Shown here: positions 19,459 through 29,748 of the stretch, in pieces
Layout: each line of letters opens with the position of its first letter
Numbering within the stretch: position 1 is the stretch's first letter
Origin: an uncultured Aquimarina sp.
GTDB taxonomy: Bacteria; Bacteroidota; Bacteroidia; Flavobacteriales; Flavobacteriaceae
DNA: 64,000 nt
Direction: 5' to 3'
Assembly (NCBI GenBank): GCA_947495425.1
Contig: CANLYR010000022.1
Coordinates: forward strand, 360-64,359
The notes under the pieces: model-generated
What the model was told of the DNA's origin: nothing
Seen by the model: only the letters and a program-made list of their open reading frames with translations
The model's database searches: none
Program-made: the position numbers and the translations under genes

Positions 19459-19683
19459 TTATTTCTTTTTATTTTTTTCTTTAAACAGGCCAAACCAGTT
19501 TGGGTTTAATATTTTTAATTTGATTAAAACCCATAATATGGCTACAAAACATACGCCTATGACCATAGAATTTAATGTACTTATAGGCCTTTGATTTTCT
19601 AATTTGAATCGAAGATATAGTGATACAATAACATATATACTTATTATTATATCAGATACTAAGGGTGATACTCGTAAATTCAT
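19459..19683 (-). CDS. small 2-TM membrane protein
   Basis: 74 aa, two hydrophobic helices, co-oriented within the acetate cluster. Confidence 0.6.
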   Translation of the reverse strand: MNLRVSPLVSDIIISIYVIVSLYLRFKLENQRPISTLNSMVIGVCFVAILWVLIKLKILNPNWFGLFKEKNKKK

Positions 19684-19733
19684 TTCTAAACGTTTTATAT
19701 GTGCTATTCAATTTTTTATAGATCACTTCATCG

Positions 19734-20096
19734 TTACTGAAGCAAGTCATTTATCTCTGAAACTAATTTCTTTACAGAAAATGGTTTTGTTAAATACTTA
19801 TCTGCGCCAAGTTGTAGTCCTTTTTCGATATCGGTGGCTTTGTTCTTTGCCGAAAGAAATACTACTTTGGTATTTTTGAGTGTGTTATTGTTTTTTATCT
19901 GCTTTAAAGTTTCATATCCATCTACATTAGGCATCATAATATCTAATAGTACTACATCAGGGGTCTTATCGACTGCGATTTGTAATGCCTCATTTCCGTC
20001 GCGGGCGATATACACTTCAAAATTCTTTTTCTTGAAGCTATACTCCAAAGACATTACTATATTAGGTTCATCATCAACAATCAAAATCTTCTTCAT
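19734..20096 (-). CDS. single-domain response regulator (receiver only)
   Basis: ILIVDD, LLDIMMP, FLSA, KPFS; no output domain. Confidence 0.95.
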   Translation of the reverse strand: MKKILIVDDEPNIVMSLEYSFKKKNFEVYIARDGNEALQIAVDKTPDVVLLDIMMPNVDGYETLKQIKNNNTLKNTKVVFLSAKNKATDIEKGLQLGADKYLTKPFSVKKLVSEINDLLQ

Positions 20097-20137
20097 TGAT
20101 TAATTTTTAATAGGTTTTTACACATGTTGAGGCTACT

Positions 20138-22822
20138 TTATTTGGGTATTGTAAATACTACACGTGCTCCTGTTTTATATTTTTTGTCGATCCAAATGGT
20201 TCCGCGATGGCTCTCAACTATCTTTTTGCTAATTGCTAATCCAAGACCACTTCCAATGGGTTTTTTGATATTTTGATATTTTGATTGATAGAACTTATCA
20301 AAAATATACTTCATGTCTTCTTTTGGAATACCTTTTCCGTTATCGGCAACGGCCACTTCGATTTGATGTTTTTTATCCTGAGTAGCAATTGTAATAATTC
20401 CGGTATTGGGTTCTGTAAATTTTAGGGCATTAGATAACAAATTAGTTAACACCTGTAACATCCGATCTTCATCATATGAGGCATTGATTAATACATCATT
20501 TTGATATTCTACTTTAATCCCTTTGTTCTGTGCTATTTGATGTACTCCCATAATCGCCTTTTTTATGGTACCATGCATAGGATTGGGTTGTATTTCTAAA
20601 TATTCTCTTCCTCCGGAAAGCTTTTCAAAATCTAAAATATCATGAATTAGCCGCGCCAAACGATCTGCATCAATGACAATGTTCTCTAAAAATTTATTCC
20701 GAAGTTCATCTGGCATACTCTCCTCATCTGTTAATACTTCTGAGGCGGCTTTGATTGATGTTATCGGCGTCTTTAATTCGTGTGCTATGGTATCCAAAAA
20801 TTCATCTTTCAATCGATCTTGTTCTAGTAATTCACTATTTGCATTTCTTAATTGTTCTGTAAGTTGGGTTAACTCATCTGATTTTTCTTTTAGCACCTTA
20901 TTTACGGCAATCGTTTCTTTTGATTCTTCCAGAATTTTTAATACTTCCAGAAGACTCACGGGTTGCTCTTTGGCTACGCTACTAATCAAAATTCTAGCAG
21001 ATGCACTACCTATGCTACCTGTAAGTAGTTTTTCAGAAAAATTAATCAGCCTTGCATCGGCCATTTCTTCTTCTTTAGAAATCCCATACTTCAAATTAAA
21101 AAGATGAAGTGCCCGCTCTGTTCGTTCTTCTCCCAAAAAACGGTTTAATACATTTCGTATATCAGAAACATAGGCTTCTCCTTTCCATACATAAGCACCA
21201 TCTTGTAAATTTGTATAGTTACTACTATTTACAAACATCTCGGCATAATTACGTTCGCGGTAATTCCCTTTAGAACGTATGGATATAACCAAAAAACTGA
21301 ACGTGTTCAAAAACATACTCCAAAAGAAAGCATGTGCTTCTGGAGATAGAAAATCAATACCCAAAAACTGATACGGTTTTAATAGCTCGATGCCAAACAA
21401 TCCTTTTTCTACGAAAGTATTGTTCCCTGTGAGCACATTAAATACAAAAGGCAAAATCAATGTATAGATTACCATTAAAGTCCCGATGATCATCCCAGTT
21501 TTTGCTGCTTTGGCAGAGCCACGATTCCAAAATAACCCGATGAAGAATGATGGTGCTAATTGGGCAATAACTACAAAAGAAATTAGCCCTATAGAAAACA
21601 AAGATAATTCGTAAGAAAAATTAATGTAAAAAAAGTAGGCAATAATGATTAAAGAAAAAATCGAAATCCTTCTTATGTTTTTAATATAGTTAGCATTTTT
21701 CTGAGGGTTTCCTTTTATGAATTTATCCAGAAAACCATATGGAATGATTAGATTATTACTGAGCATAGTAGATAATGCTAAAGTAGAAACAACAACCATC
21801 GAAATCACAGCAGAAAATCCACCAAAAAAGACCAACGTAGCTAATGCCAAGTTATTATTTTGAAGCGGTAAAAGAAGTGTATAATAATCATGATTTACTG
21901 CTCCGGGTAATGAAAGATTGCCCGCCCATGCAATAAAAATTACAAAAACATTAAATAGTAACAGATATAAAGGAAATAGCCATATTGCTTTTTTTAAATA
22001 CTTTTCTCTATCATTCTCTACAACCGCTACGTGAAATTGTCTTGGTAGCAAAAAGATAGCAAAGAAAGAAAGCATGATCGTAAACATCCAATTAAATCCT
22101 GCTTCGAGCCCATTAAAAGATGTAATCGCTTTAAAATTTTCTAATTGTGATGCTTTTTGATAGATATCTGTAGTCCCATCAAATAAAAAGAAGGTAACAT
22201 AAATACCCGCAATTAAGAAAAATATAAGTTTCAATATAGATTCTACAGCGACTGTAGTCATAATACCTTTTCTACGTTGTGAAGCATCTGTGGCCTGAGT
22301 CCCAAAAAAAGCAACAAAAATTGCTAATAGTACAGCGATATAAAATGTAGAATCGTCTAATACTGATGTAGAAATATAACTGGTTTCATCTGTGATAATT
22401 TCAAAAGTTTCTGAAATTGCTTTGAGTTGTAGAGAAATATAAGGTACAATTCCAAATACACAAATCATGGTTACTAATGCTCCCAAAAAACGGCTGTTCC
22501 CGTAGCGTAAGGAAATAAAATCTGCAATACTCGAAATCTTATGTTGTTTAGAAATTCGTATAATCTTACGCATTACCAAAATCCATAATGGTAAAGAAAT
22601 CACTGGTCCCAGGTATATGGTTAAAAAGCTAATTCCGGATTGTGAAGCAATACCTACACTACCATAATATGTCCAGGCCGAACAATACACTGCCAAAGAT
22701 AACACATAGATATAGGGATTATTTACCCACTTGCTTTTGGAGTTTTTCTCTGCCCAAAAAGCAATGAAGAACAAACAAGCCAAATAGGCAATGATGATAG
22801 ATATCAAAAAATAATTATTCAT
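20138..22822 (-). CDS. SLC5 (sodium:solute symporter)-fused sensor histidine kinase, CrbS/CbrA-like
   Basis: N-terminal SSS domain (LSLAVYCSAWTYYGSVG, LPRQFHV), STAC-like E.LL.G.IGSASAR, HisKA AHELKTP, HATPase NLLSNALKF/DNGKG/GSGLGL. Confidence 0.92.
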   Translation of the reverse strand: MNNYFLISIIIAYLACLFFIAFWAEKNSKSKWVNNPYIYVLSLAVYCSAWTYYGSVGIASQSGISFLTIYLGPVISLPLWILVMRKIIRISKQHKISSIADFISLRYGNSRFLGALVTMICVFGIVPYISLQLKAISETFEIITDETSYISTSVLDDSTFYIAVLLAIFVAFFGTQATDASQRRKGIMTTVAVESILKLIFFLIAGIYVTFFLFDGTTDIYQKASQLENFKAITSFNGLEAGFNWMFTIMLSFFAIFLLPRQFHVAVVENDREKYLKKAIWLFPLYLLLFNVFVIFIAWAGNLSLPGAVNHDYYTLLLPLQNNNLALATLVFFGGFSAVISMVVVSTLALSTMLSNNLIIPYGFLDKFIKGNPQKNANYIKNIRRISIFSLIIIAYFFYINFSYELSLFSIGLISFVVIAQLAPSFFIGLFWNRGSAKAAKTGMIIGTLMVIYTLILPFVFNVLTGNNTFVEKGLFGIELLKPYQFLGIDFLSPEAHAFFWSMFLNTFSFLVISIRSKGNYRERNYAEMFVNSSNYTNLQDGAYVWKGEAYVSDIRNVLNRFLGEERTERALHLFNLKYGISKEEEMADARLINFSEKLLTGSIGSASARILISSVAKEQPVSLLEVLKILEESKETIAVNKVLKEKSDELTQLTEQLRNANSELLEQDRLKDEFLDTIAHELKTPITSIKAASEVLTDEESMPDELRNKFLENIVIDADRLARLIHDILDFEKLSGGREYLEIQPNPMHGTIKKAIMGVHQIAQNKGIKVEYQNDVLINASYDEDRMLQVLTNLLSNALKFTEPNTGIITIATQDKKHQIEVAVADNGKGIPKEDMKYIFDKFYQSKYQNIKKPIGSGLGLAISKKIVESHRGTIWIDKKYKTGARVVFTIPK

Positions 22823-23009
22823 AATGCCTGTGTAAAATGACAAATGATATAACAACAGCTATAATCCAAATGAGAAAAATAAAGAAATAAACCAACGGAA
22901 ACCCAAAAATTTCTCCAGACTGATCAAAAATGAGTATCAATGGTACATTCCACAGTAAAAACAGCACAATAGAAAGTATAATAAGCTTTTGTTGATGTCT
23001 TTTTTTCAT
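22815..23009 (-). CDS. small 2-TM protein coupled to the SLC5 kinase (DUF3311/CbrX-like)
   Basis: IFGFPLVYFFIFLIW pattern; its stop overlaps the kinase start (ATGAATAA). Confidence 0.75.
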   Translation of the reverse strand: MKKRHQQKLIILSIVLFLLWNVPLILIFDQSGEIFGFPLVYFFIFLIWIIAVVISFVILHRHYE

Positions 23010-23166
23010 TTGGTAAATTTGAACCATATAAAGTTAGGGAAAAAACGAGATGTATTCATCACTTACGAATACACCAATACGAAAATCCCAATCTGCATTG
23101 GAATACATTCAATAGTATATTCTGACTACCTGAAAAAACAGGTAGTCAGAATGTCCTTTGACTTCA

Positions 23167-24939
23167 TTAGTGTGAGGACGCTTCTCCTGCTCCACTTGGG
23201 ATTCTTATATTCTCTACTATATCTTGTACATTTTCTGGTGGTGCTGGTGTCATCCTAGAAACGACAACAGAGATAACAACATTTACAATCATGGCAATGG
23301 TACCAAATCCTTCTGGGGAGGTTCCAAACCACCACTCACTCGAAGGTTTTGCATCCATGACTCCTATCAATCCTGTTTTATACCTAATCATATAAAATAG
23401 CATTATTGTAATACCGACAACCATTCCGGCTACAGCTCCTTGTCTATTCATCCTTTTATCAAAAATACCCAGGATAATGGCCGGAAAGAAGGATGCAGCA
23501 GCCAAACCGAATGCCAGGGCGACGACCGCAGCTACAAATCCTGGTGGATAGATCCCAAATAATCCGGCAATGATAATGGCAACCAAAATACTAATGCGTG
23601 CAGCCAAAAGCTCACCTTTATCTGAAATATCTGGCTTAAGTTGTTTTTTGATCAAATCATGAGAGATCGACGTCGAGATCACCAACAATAATCCTGCTGC
23701 TGTTGACAATGCTGCTGCTAATCCCCCTGCTGCTACTAATGCAATTACCCAGTTTGGTAGTTTTGCAATCTCTGGATTAGCCAATACCATAATATCTCTA
23801 TCTACATACAATTCATTGGCAGAATTATTGGCATTGGTTACCAAACGTTCGCCATGCGCACCTCGTTCTTCAGTATATTTTGGTTTGCCATCTGTAGCAC
23901 TACCATTTACGTACTGAATCTTACCATCATTATTTTTATCTGACCAGGCGATAAGCCCAGTGTTTTCCCAATTTTTAAACCACTCTGGTACTTCTTTATA
24001 TTCTGTATTGCTTACCGTTTCTATTAAATTTGTTCTTGCAAACACTGCTATTGCGGGTGCTGTGGTATATAAGATCGCAATAAAAAGTAAAGCTAATCCA
24101 GCAGATTTACGAGCATCTTTTACTTTAGGTACGGTAAAGAAACGTACGATAACATGTGGTAATCCAGCTGTACCGGCCATTAATGCCAAGGTAATTGCAA
24201 AAACATCCCAGGTCGATTTTGTGCCACTCGTATATTCATTAAATCCTAATTGTGTGTGTAATGCATCTAACTTATCCAATAAAAAAGTGCCATCTTCTAC
24301 TGTGCCCCCCATTCCTAATTGCGGAATGATATTACCCGTCATTTGCATAGAAATAAAGAATGCGGGCACCATAAATGCAAATATTAATACGCAATATTGT
24401 GCTACCTGTGTATAGGTAATTCCTTTCATCCCACCCAGAAATGCAAAAACTAATACGACAGCCATACCTATAACCACACCCAAATTAATATCTACCTGCA
24501 AAAACTGTGAAAACACAATTCCCACACCTCGCATCTGACCCGCAACATAAGTAAAGGAAACAATAAGTGCGCAGATTACGGCTACGGTTCTTGCTGTGTT
24601 GGAGTAATATCGATCTCCAATAAAATCGGGTACCGTAAATTTTCCAAACTTTCTGAGATAGGGTGCTAATAGTAAGGCTAGCAGCACGTATCCACCGGTC
24701 CAGCCCATCAGATACACCGAACCATCATACCCGCTAAAGGAGATGATCCCCGCCATCGAGATAAATGATGCTGCACTCATCCAGTCGGCAGCTGTTGCCA
24801 TACCGTTAGCCAATGGAGAAACGCCTCCTCCGGCTACATAAAATTCTTTTGTTGATCCGGCTCTTGCCCAAATGGCTATCCCGAAATAAAGAGCAAAAGT
24901 AACTCCTACTAAAATCCATGTCCATACTTGAACGCTCAT
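23167..24939 (-). CDS. actP: sodium:solute symporter, ActP-like acetate permease
   Basis: NGMATAADWMSAASF, GTAGLPHVIVRFFTVP, AAGGLAAALSTA; next to DUF4212 and acs. Confidence 0.85.
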   Translation of the reverse strand: MSVQVWTWILVGVTFALYFGIAIWARAGSTKEFYVAGGGVSPLANGMATAADWMSAASFISMAGIISFSGYDGSVYLMGWTGGYVLLALLLAPYLRKFGKFTVPDFIGDRYYSNTARTVAVICALIVSFTYVAGQMRGVGIVFSQFLQVDINLGVVIGMAVVLVFAFLGGMKGITYTQVAQYCVLIFAFMVPAFFISMQMTGNIIPQLGMGGTVEDGTFLLDKLDALHTQLGFNEYTSGTKSTWDVFAITLALMAGTAGLPHVIVRFFTVPKVKDARKSAGLALLFIAILYTTAPAIAVFARTNLIETVSNTEYKEVPEWFKNWENTGLIAWSDKNNDGKIQYVNGSATDGKPKYTEERGAHGERLVTNANNSANELYVDRDIMVLANPEIAKLPNWVIALVAAGGLAAALSTAAGLLLVISTSISHDLIKKQLKPDISDKGELLAARISILVAIIIAGLFGIYPPGFVAAVVALAFGLAAASFFPAIILGIFDKRMNRQGAVAGMVVGITIMLFYMIRYKTGLIGVMDAKPSSEWWFGTSPEGFGTIAMIVNVVISVVVSRMTPAPPENVQDIVENIRIPSGAGEASSH

Positions 24940-24969
24940 AATACTATATTTTTTTGGTTAGTGTTAAGA

Positions 24970-25227
24970 TTACTCATTGTAACCATATTTTTTATCTAGT
25001 TTATTCATCAATCGGACATATACGAAGATGAGGATTACAAAAACGTATATCGAACCTTGTTGTGCAAACCAGAATCCTAGTTTAAACCCTCCTAGTCTAA
25101 TACTGTTTAGTGCATCTTTGAATAGTATACCTGCACCATAAGAAACCAAAAACCATATCGTTAATAGAATTACCAGATATCTGAGGTTTTCTTTCCAATA
25201 GGCTACTGCTTTTTGTTTATCTGTCAT
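24970..25227 (-). CDS. DUF4212 small membrane subunit of the symporter
   Basis: YW..N...LL.IWF.VS.G...G..LGFWFAQQGSI..FV.LIF.Y...M..LD. Confidence 0.9.
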   Translation of the reverse strand: MTDKQKAVAYWKENLRYLVILLTIWFLVSYGAGILFKDALNSIRLGGFKLGFWFAQQGSIYVFVILIFVYVRLMNKLDKKYGYNE

Positions 25228-25238
25228 AATATTGAATT

Positions 25239-26477
25239 TTATAAATAGATCATTGCTTGAAGTGTTACTGTACTTTGAGAATCATTGTCACCGTAGGTAG
25301 TATTAAGATACTCTAAAGTTAATTTTGAATGATGCCCGCTGAAGAATGCATTCACACCAATACCAAAGGTATTGGCATTATCGTCAATTGCATCTATAGT
25401 TCTATTATTGAATGAAGTATACGGCTGAAATCGAATCTCTTTATTTTCACTGGGAATTACATACCCAACATGACCGTAGATCATAGCGCCGGTTTCATAT
25501 GTTGTTCCCAACGTAAAATCTTCTCCATAATCATTATTTTGGTATGTAGCATACGCAGTAATCGCAGAGCCATTCTCTCCTAGTGGTGCATCATAAAAAG
25601 CATCAACTGCAAAAATTGCAACATCCTGTCCTTCTACAGTACCATCATTATTTATGAATGTACTACCATCAGGGTGATAAAAGAATCCTGCTCCTACATT
25701 AAATACTTTTTTGCCTCCTAAATACGTACCTACTTTATACGGTAAAAAATTAGATTCCTGATCCAAAAAATTGTAATCAAAATATCCCGCAAAATTCTTT
25801 CCGGCATCTTTAGAGCCTAACACTTCTCTACCGTTATAAAAAGATTGACCAAAATTTAAAGCATCAGTAATATCTAAATTGTCCAACGTATTAGTACCTG
25901 ATTCGTTAACAGATACCCGATATTGTAATTTCCCAAAAGAACCTTTGAAATAAACACCAATATGTCTTGCGAACTGGTCAGACAGCCCTATGGTTGCCCA
26001 AGATTGCCTATTATTATCTAAGGTCAAAAGATTGAGAGTACTTTGGTTATTAAGACGAGAGATCCCATTCCAATAATGCAATCCTCCCCCTACAGCATGC
26101 TTTTCTCCCAAGCTATACTGTAGCCAAAAATCATGAAAGAATAGTTGAGAACGATCACCAGTTCCTACAGGGCTTTGGTTATCAGCGTTTAAGCTATTGA
26201 GTCCAAAATGAGTAAGGATTAAAAAATCTTTATTGATTTGAGAATAGCTTAAAATACGCGCTCTACGAATACTGAAATCGGTACTACTAACGTCATCTGG
26301 AACATCATCTTGATATTGTGCCCAAAATTGGCCCCAGGAGATAATTCTAAAATATTTGGAACCATCTTCATTAAGTTTCACTTTGATCCCTCCTTCATAA
26401 TCAGGAGACCCCTGTGAATACGTAAATTGTAAAGTAAAAATTACTAAACTAAACAATAGCATGAATTGTTTTTTCAT
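25239..26477 (-). CDS. outer-membrane porin-like protein of the acetate cluster
   Basis: Signal peptide, FSIRRAR motif, alternating beta-strands, terminal LQAMIYL strand. Confidence 0.75.
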   Translation of the reverse strand: MKKQFMLLFSLVIFTLQFTYSQGSPDYEGGIKVKLNEDGSKYFRIISWGQFWAQYQDDVPDDVSSTDFSIRRARILSYSQINKDFLILTHFGLNSLNADNQSPVGTGDRSQLFFHDFWLQYSLGEKHAVGGGLHYWNGISRLNNQSTLNLLTLDNNRQSWATIGLSDQFARHIGVYFKGSFGKLQYRVSVNESGTNTLDNLDITDALNFGQSFYNGREVLGSKDAGKNFAGYFDYNFLDQESNFLPYKVGTYLGGKKVFNVGAGFFYHPDGSTFINNDGTVEGQDVAIFAVDAFYDAPLGENGSAITAYATYQNNDYGEDFTLGTTYETGAMIYGHVGYVIPSENKEIRFQPYTSFNNRTIDAIDDNANTFGIGVNAFFSGHHSKLTLEYLNTTYGDNDSQSTVTLQAMIYL

Positions 26478-26587
26478 AAAGTTTTAAAGATTAGATTTAT
26501 ATTAAACTGATTGTGTGTGTACAACGAATCTCTTAAAAACTATGAGTTAACAAAAAAATAATATGCTTTTTTGTTAATTTAATATAT

Positions 26588-27007
26588 CTAATCTTTAAAA
26601 CGCTCCCATTTGATTAGCATAAACTTGTCTCCAAGCTCAGTAACTACAACACCAGCTCCTGATAAATTATGTACATCCTGAAAGTAACCAGATAACTCTG
26701 AAGCGTTTAATATTTTATAGGTTGGATGATAATTAGCATTGTATGGTCTTTTGATGTTATATTTTTTTACCCAGTTCATTATACTCACATGAGAAATGCC
26801 TAAAATACGTTCTATCTCTCTATAGGTTAATCCTTCTAAATACAGCTGTAATGCTTTGTTAACATAATAGTCATTAATCTTCTTTCCTATTTTATTTACA
26901 GAGAAAAAGTAATTGCAGGATTTACACTTATAACGCTGTCTATTATTAACAACTCCACTCTTCGTATACTTCCCTGAGCCACAATTGGGGCATGCATCAA
27001 TATTCAT
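26588..27007 (-). CDS. InsA/IS1-like Zn-ribbon + HTH protein, probably a DNA-binding regulator
   Basis: CPNC...K.G....RQRYKCKSC then ALQLYLEGLTYREIERILGISHVSIMNWVK HTH; no DDE domain or terminal inverted repeats. Confidence 0.8.
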   Translation of the reverse strand: MNIDACPNCGSGKYTKSGVVNNRQRYKCKSCNYFFSVNKIGKKINDYYVNKALQLYLEGLTYREIERILGISHVSIMNWVKKYNIKRPYNANYHPTYKILNASELSGYFQDVHNLSGAGVVVTELGDKFMLIKWERFKD

Positions 27008-27306
27008 GTATAATAATTTAGCATAAATATATCAAATTAGCGTTAAACTTGTTAATTAAACCTAAAATTATTCAAATTAAATAAAAAAAAAGTCTTAAAA
27101 TATTGAGGTTTCCTTATAAATTGTAAAATATTACGATAGTATAGCCTGCTCGCTTAATATATAGAACAGGAAGTAATTTGCTAAGCTTTAGTATAACCTT
27201 TATTAACCAAAAAAACCTAGCGTTTAATAAACCACAAACACAATTTGTATGTGATAAATCATATTTTTTTATTAGATTTCAATTCCAAAATAACAAAATA
27301 GCCTTC

Positions 27307-27663
27307 ATGAGTAAAAGACATTCTACTAAATATGCCATCTATATAGTTGCTGTATTAACTGCCGCTTTGATAAATGGATTCATTCTTAATTATGTAAAAA
27401 AACATATCAATCAACAAGGATATATCTTGGTATTAATTGATATGCTGGTTGTAATACTAATTTTCGCACCTGCATTTGCTTTAGTAACTAATTATGCTAA
27501 AAAGTTATCAAAGGTATACATTAGAACGTCTAGAAAATTATCAAGTCGCAAGAATGGTATATTTCTTGGATTTGTAATTGCAACTATAATTTTGTTTATT
27601 CTTTATGCTCAGCTAAGGCACGGCTTGCATGTTATTGATGATTTGAAGGCCTTGATTTCATAA
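27307..27663 (+). CDS. hypothetical 3-TM membrane protein
   Basis: Three hydrophobic helices; likely start MSKRH at 27307. Confidence 0.7.
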   Translation: MSKRHSTKYAIYIVAVLTAALINGFILNYVKKHINQQGYILVLIDMLVVILIFAPAFALVTNYAKKLSKVYIRTSRKLSSRKNGIFLGFVIATIILFILYAQLRHGLHVIDDLKALIS

Positions 27664-27666
27664 TTT

Positions 27667-28569
27667 TTACACATCACAAATGGTAATCCCTTCTTGTAGC
27701 GCTTTTAGTGGATCATCATAAGTAGGAATAAATTCTTGAGCAACGTATCCATCAAAACCAGTATCTAGAATAGTTTTTAATATCGCCGGATAATTAAGTT
27801 CTTGTGTAATGTTAATTTCATTTCTTCCAGGAACACCTCCTGTATGATAGTGAGCAATATACTCATTATACTTTGTAATCGTTGCAATAATGTCACCCTC
27901 CATGATTTGCATATGATAGATGTCATAAAGTAATTTAAAATTTGCAGACCCAATTTTATCAACTAGTTTTACACCCCAAGGGGTATGATCACATTGATAA
28001 TCCCTATGATCGACCTTACTATTGAGCAGCTCCATGACCAAAGTAACATTATTTTTCTCGGCATGTTTTACTAACACATCCAAGCCTTGAGCACAATGTT
28101 CCCATCCGGCGTTATCAGAAATGCCATTACGATTACCCGAAAAGACAATAACCTGTTGTATTCCTGCATTCGAAGCTTTAGAAATAAGTTCGAGGTATTG
28201 TTTTTGTAGTTTATCATGGTTTCTTACATCATTAAATCCATCAGTAATGCTAGCAAAAGTGTCGGTAGCCAGTGAGCATTTTAGCCCTGCATCCATAACT
28301 ATTTTCCACTCATCAGGTTTCAGCAAATCAATTGCTTTGAGACCAATTTCTTTACCTTTTGTGGCAAACTCAAGTAAAGGAATATTTTGATAGCACCATC
28401 GACAAGCAGCATGGTTTATATTTCCTTTTAGACCAGTTTGTATGTGTGGCGCATTATCTGGATCTGCATTCGAAAATTGTCCCGTTAGGGTACCTGTTAT
28501 GCCCATAGCACCTATGCTTAACGACATGTTTTTCACTGCTTCTCTACGATTGATTTTTTTTGCTTTCAT
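27667..28569 (-). CDS. hydroxypyruvate isomerase/AP-endonuclease-2 TIM-barrel protein with Tat-like leader
   Basis: NRREAVK twin-arginine leader; ELLNSKVDH.DY, LLYDIYHMQIMEG, HYHTGGVPGRNE. Confidence 0.88.
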   Translation of the reverse strand: MKAKKINRREAVKNMSLSIGAMGITGTLTGQFSNADPDNAPHIQTGLKGNINHAACRWCYQNIPLLEFATKGKEIGLKAIDLLKPDEWKIVMDAGLKCSLATDTFASITDGFNDVRNHDKLQKQYLELISKASNAGIQQVIVFSGNRNGISDNAGWEHCAQGLDVLVKHAEKNNVTLVMELLNSKVDHRDYQCDHTPWGVKLVDKIGSANFKLLYDIYHMQIMEGDIIATITKYNEYIAHYHTGGVPGRNEINITQELNYPAILKTILDTGFDGYVAQEFIPTYDDPLKALQEGITICDV

Positions 28570-28594
28570 ATCTTATAAGATGATTGCGTTGGTA

Positions 28595-29479
28595 TTATGT
28601 CTGATTTGAAATAAAGATATCGAGTTCTTCTTTTAAAAAAACAGGATTAGCCCCCTTACTACCAGCCACCATAGCCCCTATTGCACAAGCGTTATCAATT
28701 GTTTGTTGTGGTTTTTCTCCTTGAAGTAATCCTGAAATTAATGTCGCCAGAAAAGAATCTCCAGCTCCAACGGTATCAATGACTTCCACTTTATAACCCG
28801 TATTGTTATACAACGCATCTTGATACCACAGTGTTGCTCCTTTTCCTCCTTTAGTAATGCATATTTGATCCGTATCGGTATAAGCTGATATCGTTTTTAT
28901 CTGATCTTCAAGGGTATTTTCATTAATTTTGAAAAGTGCACAAACTATATCTAATTCTTCGTCATTTAACTTTATAAAATCTGCTTTTTTCATTAATTCC
29001 AAAAGCAATTTTGCATCATAATGCGGTGGTCTCAGATTAGCATCTAAAATTTTAAACTTTGCCTTCTCTATGAACTGAAGTAATGTATTGCGTGAAACTT
29101 TATTTCTACTGGCCAAGCTTCCAAAAATGATGGCATCAGATTGTACTACTTCTTGGCTTAAAACTTCAGAATACTCAATAAAATCCCAGGCTACAGGATG
29201 ACTAATCTCATATGTTGCCGTATTTTCGTCATCAAGTGTAACTATAACTTCTCCTGTTTTGTATGCATCATCTTTCTGAAAAGTATCCACAGGCATGCCA
29301 TGTTTCTTTACATAATTCAGTATACCATGACCAAGATCATCATCACCTATTCTGGTTATGATTGATGAATCTATTCCCATTGAATGCAATCGTAAAGCGA
29401 CATTGAGTGGTGCGCCTCCTATTTTTTTATGTTCAGGAAATATATCCCAAAGTACTTCGCCAAAACAGGTAATTTTCAT
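28595..29479 (-). CDS. PfkB family carbohydrate kinase (fructokinase-like)
   Basis: GEVLWD, GGAPLNVA, D.NLRP, DTVGAGDSF. Confidence 0.92.
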   Translation of the reverse strand: MKITCFGEVLWDIFPEHKKIGGAPLNVALRLHSMGIDSSIITRIGDDDLGHGILNYVKKHGMPVDTFQKDDAYKTGEVIVTLDDENTATYEISHPVAWDFIEYSEVLSQEVVQSDAIIFGSLASRNKVSRNTLLQFIEKAKFKILDANLRPPHYDAKLLLELMKKADFIKLNDEELDIVCALFKINENTLEDQIKTISAYTDTDQICITKGGKGATLWYQDALYNNTGYKVEVIDTVGAGDSFLATLISGLLQGEKPQQTIDNACAIGAMVAGSKGANPVFLKEELDIFISNQT

Positions 29480-29532
29480 TGTATTGATGCTTTTATTACA
29501 ATGTAAGGATTTATTTTATTATCATCTACACT

Positions 29533-29640
29533 AAAAAAGCAACCCCCGATGGTTAACTACTCCGTCAGGGGTCTAGGCTGAAGCCAAAAAATTAAACTAA
29601 CTCAACTTACACTCAATTAAACTTGCTTCAGCTTTCCCTA
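29533..29640 (-). ncRNA. candidate small RNA or structured 3' element (two hairpins plus U-tract)
   Basis: GCTGAAGC...GCTTCAGC stem with a TTGAGT-repeat loop, then CCCCTGACGG...CCATCGGGGG and TTTTTT. Confidence 0.35.
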
Positions 29641-29748
29641 CTATTTTGAAAATCAAAATTTTTATGATCGGCTGATCCCGAAACACGTTCAGGATTTAAT
29701 TCAACTAGCCATTTTCAATGCGCTTTGGGTTTTGAAAATAGAGTCTCA

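Noticed and set aside
26588..27007. Active IS1 insertion sequence
   Set aside because: No DDE/InsB frame, terminal inverted repeats or target-site duplication.
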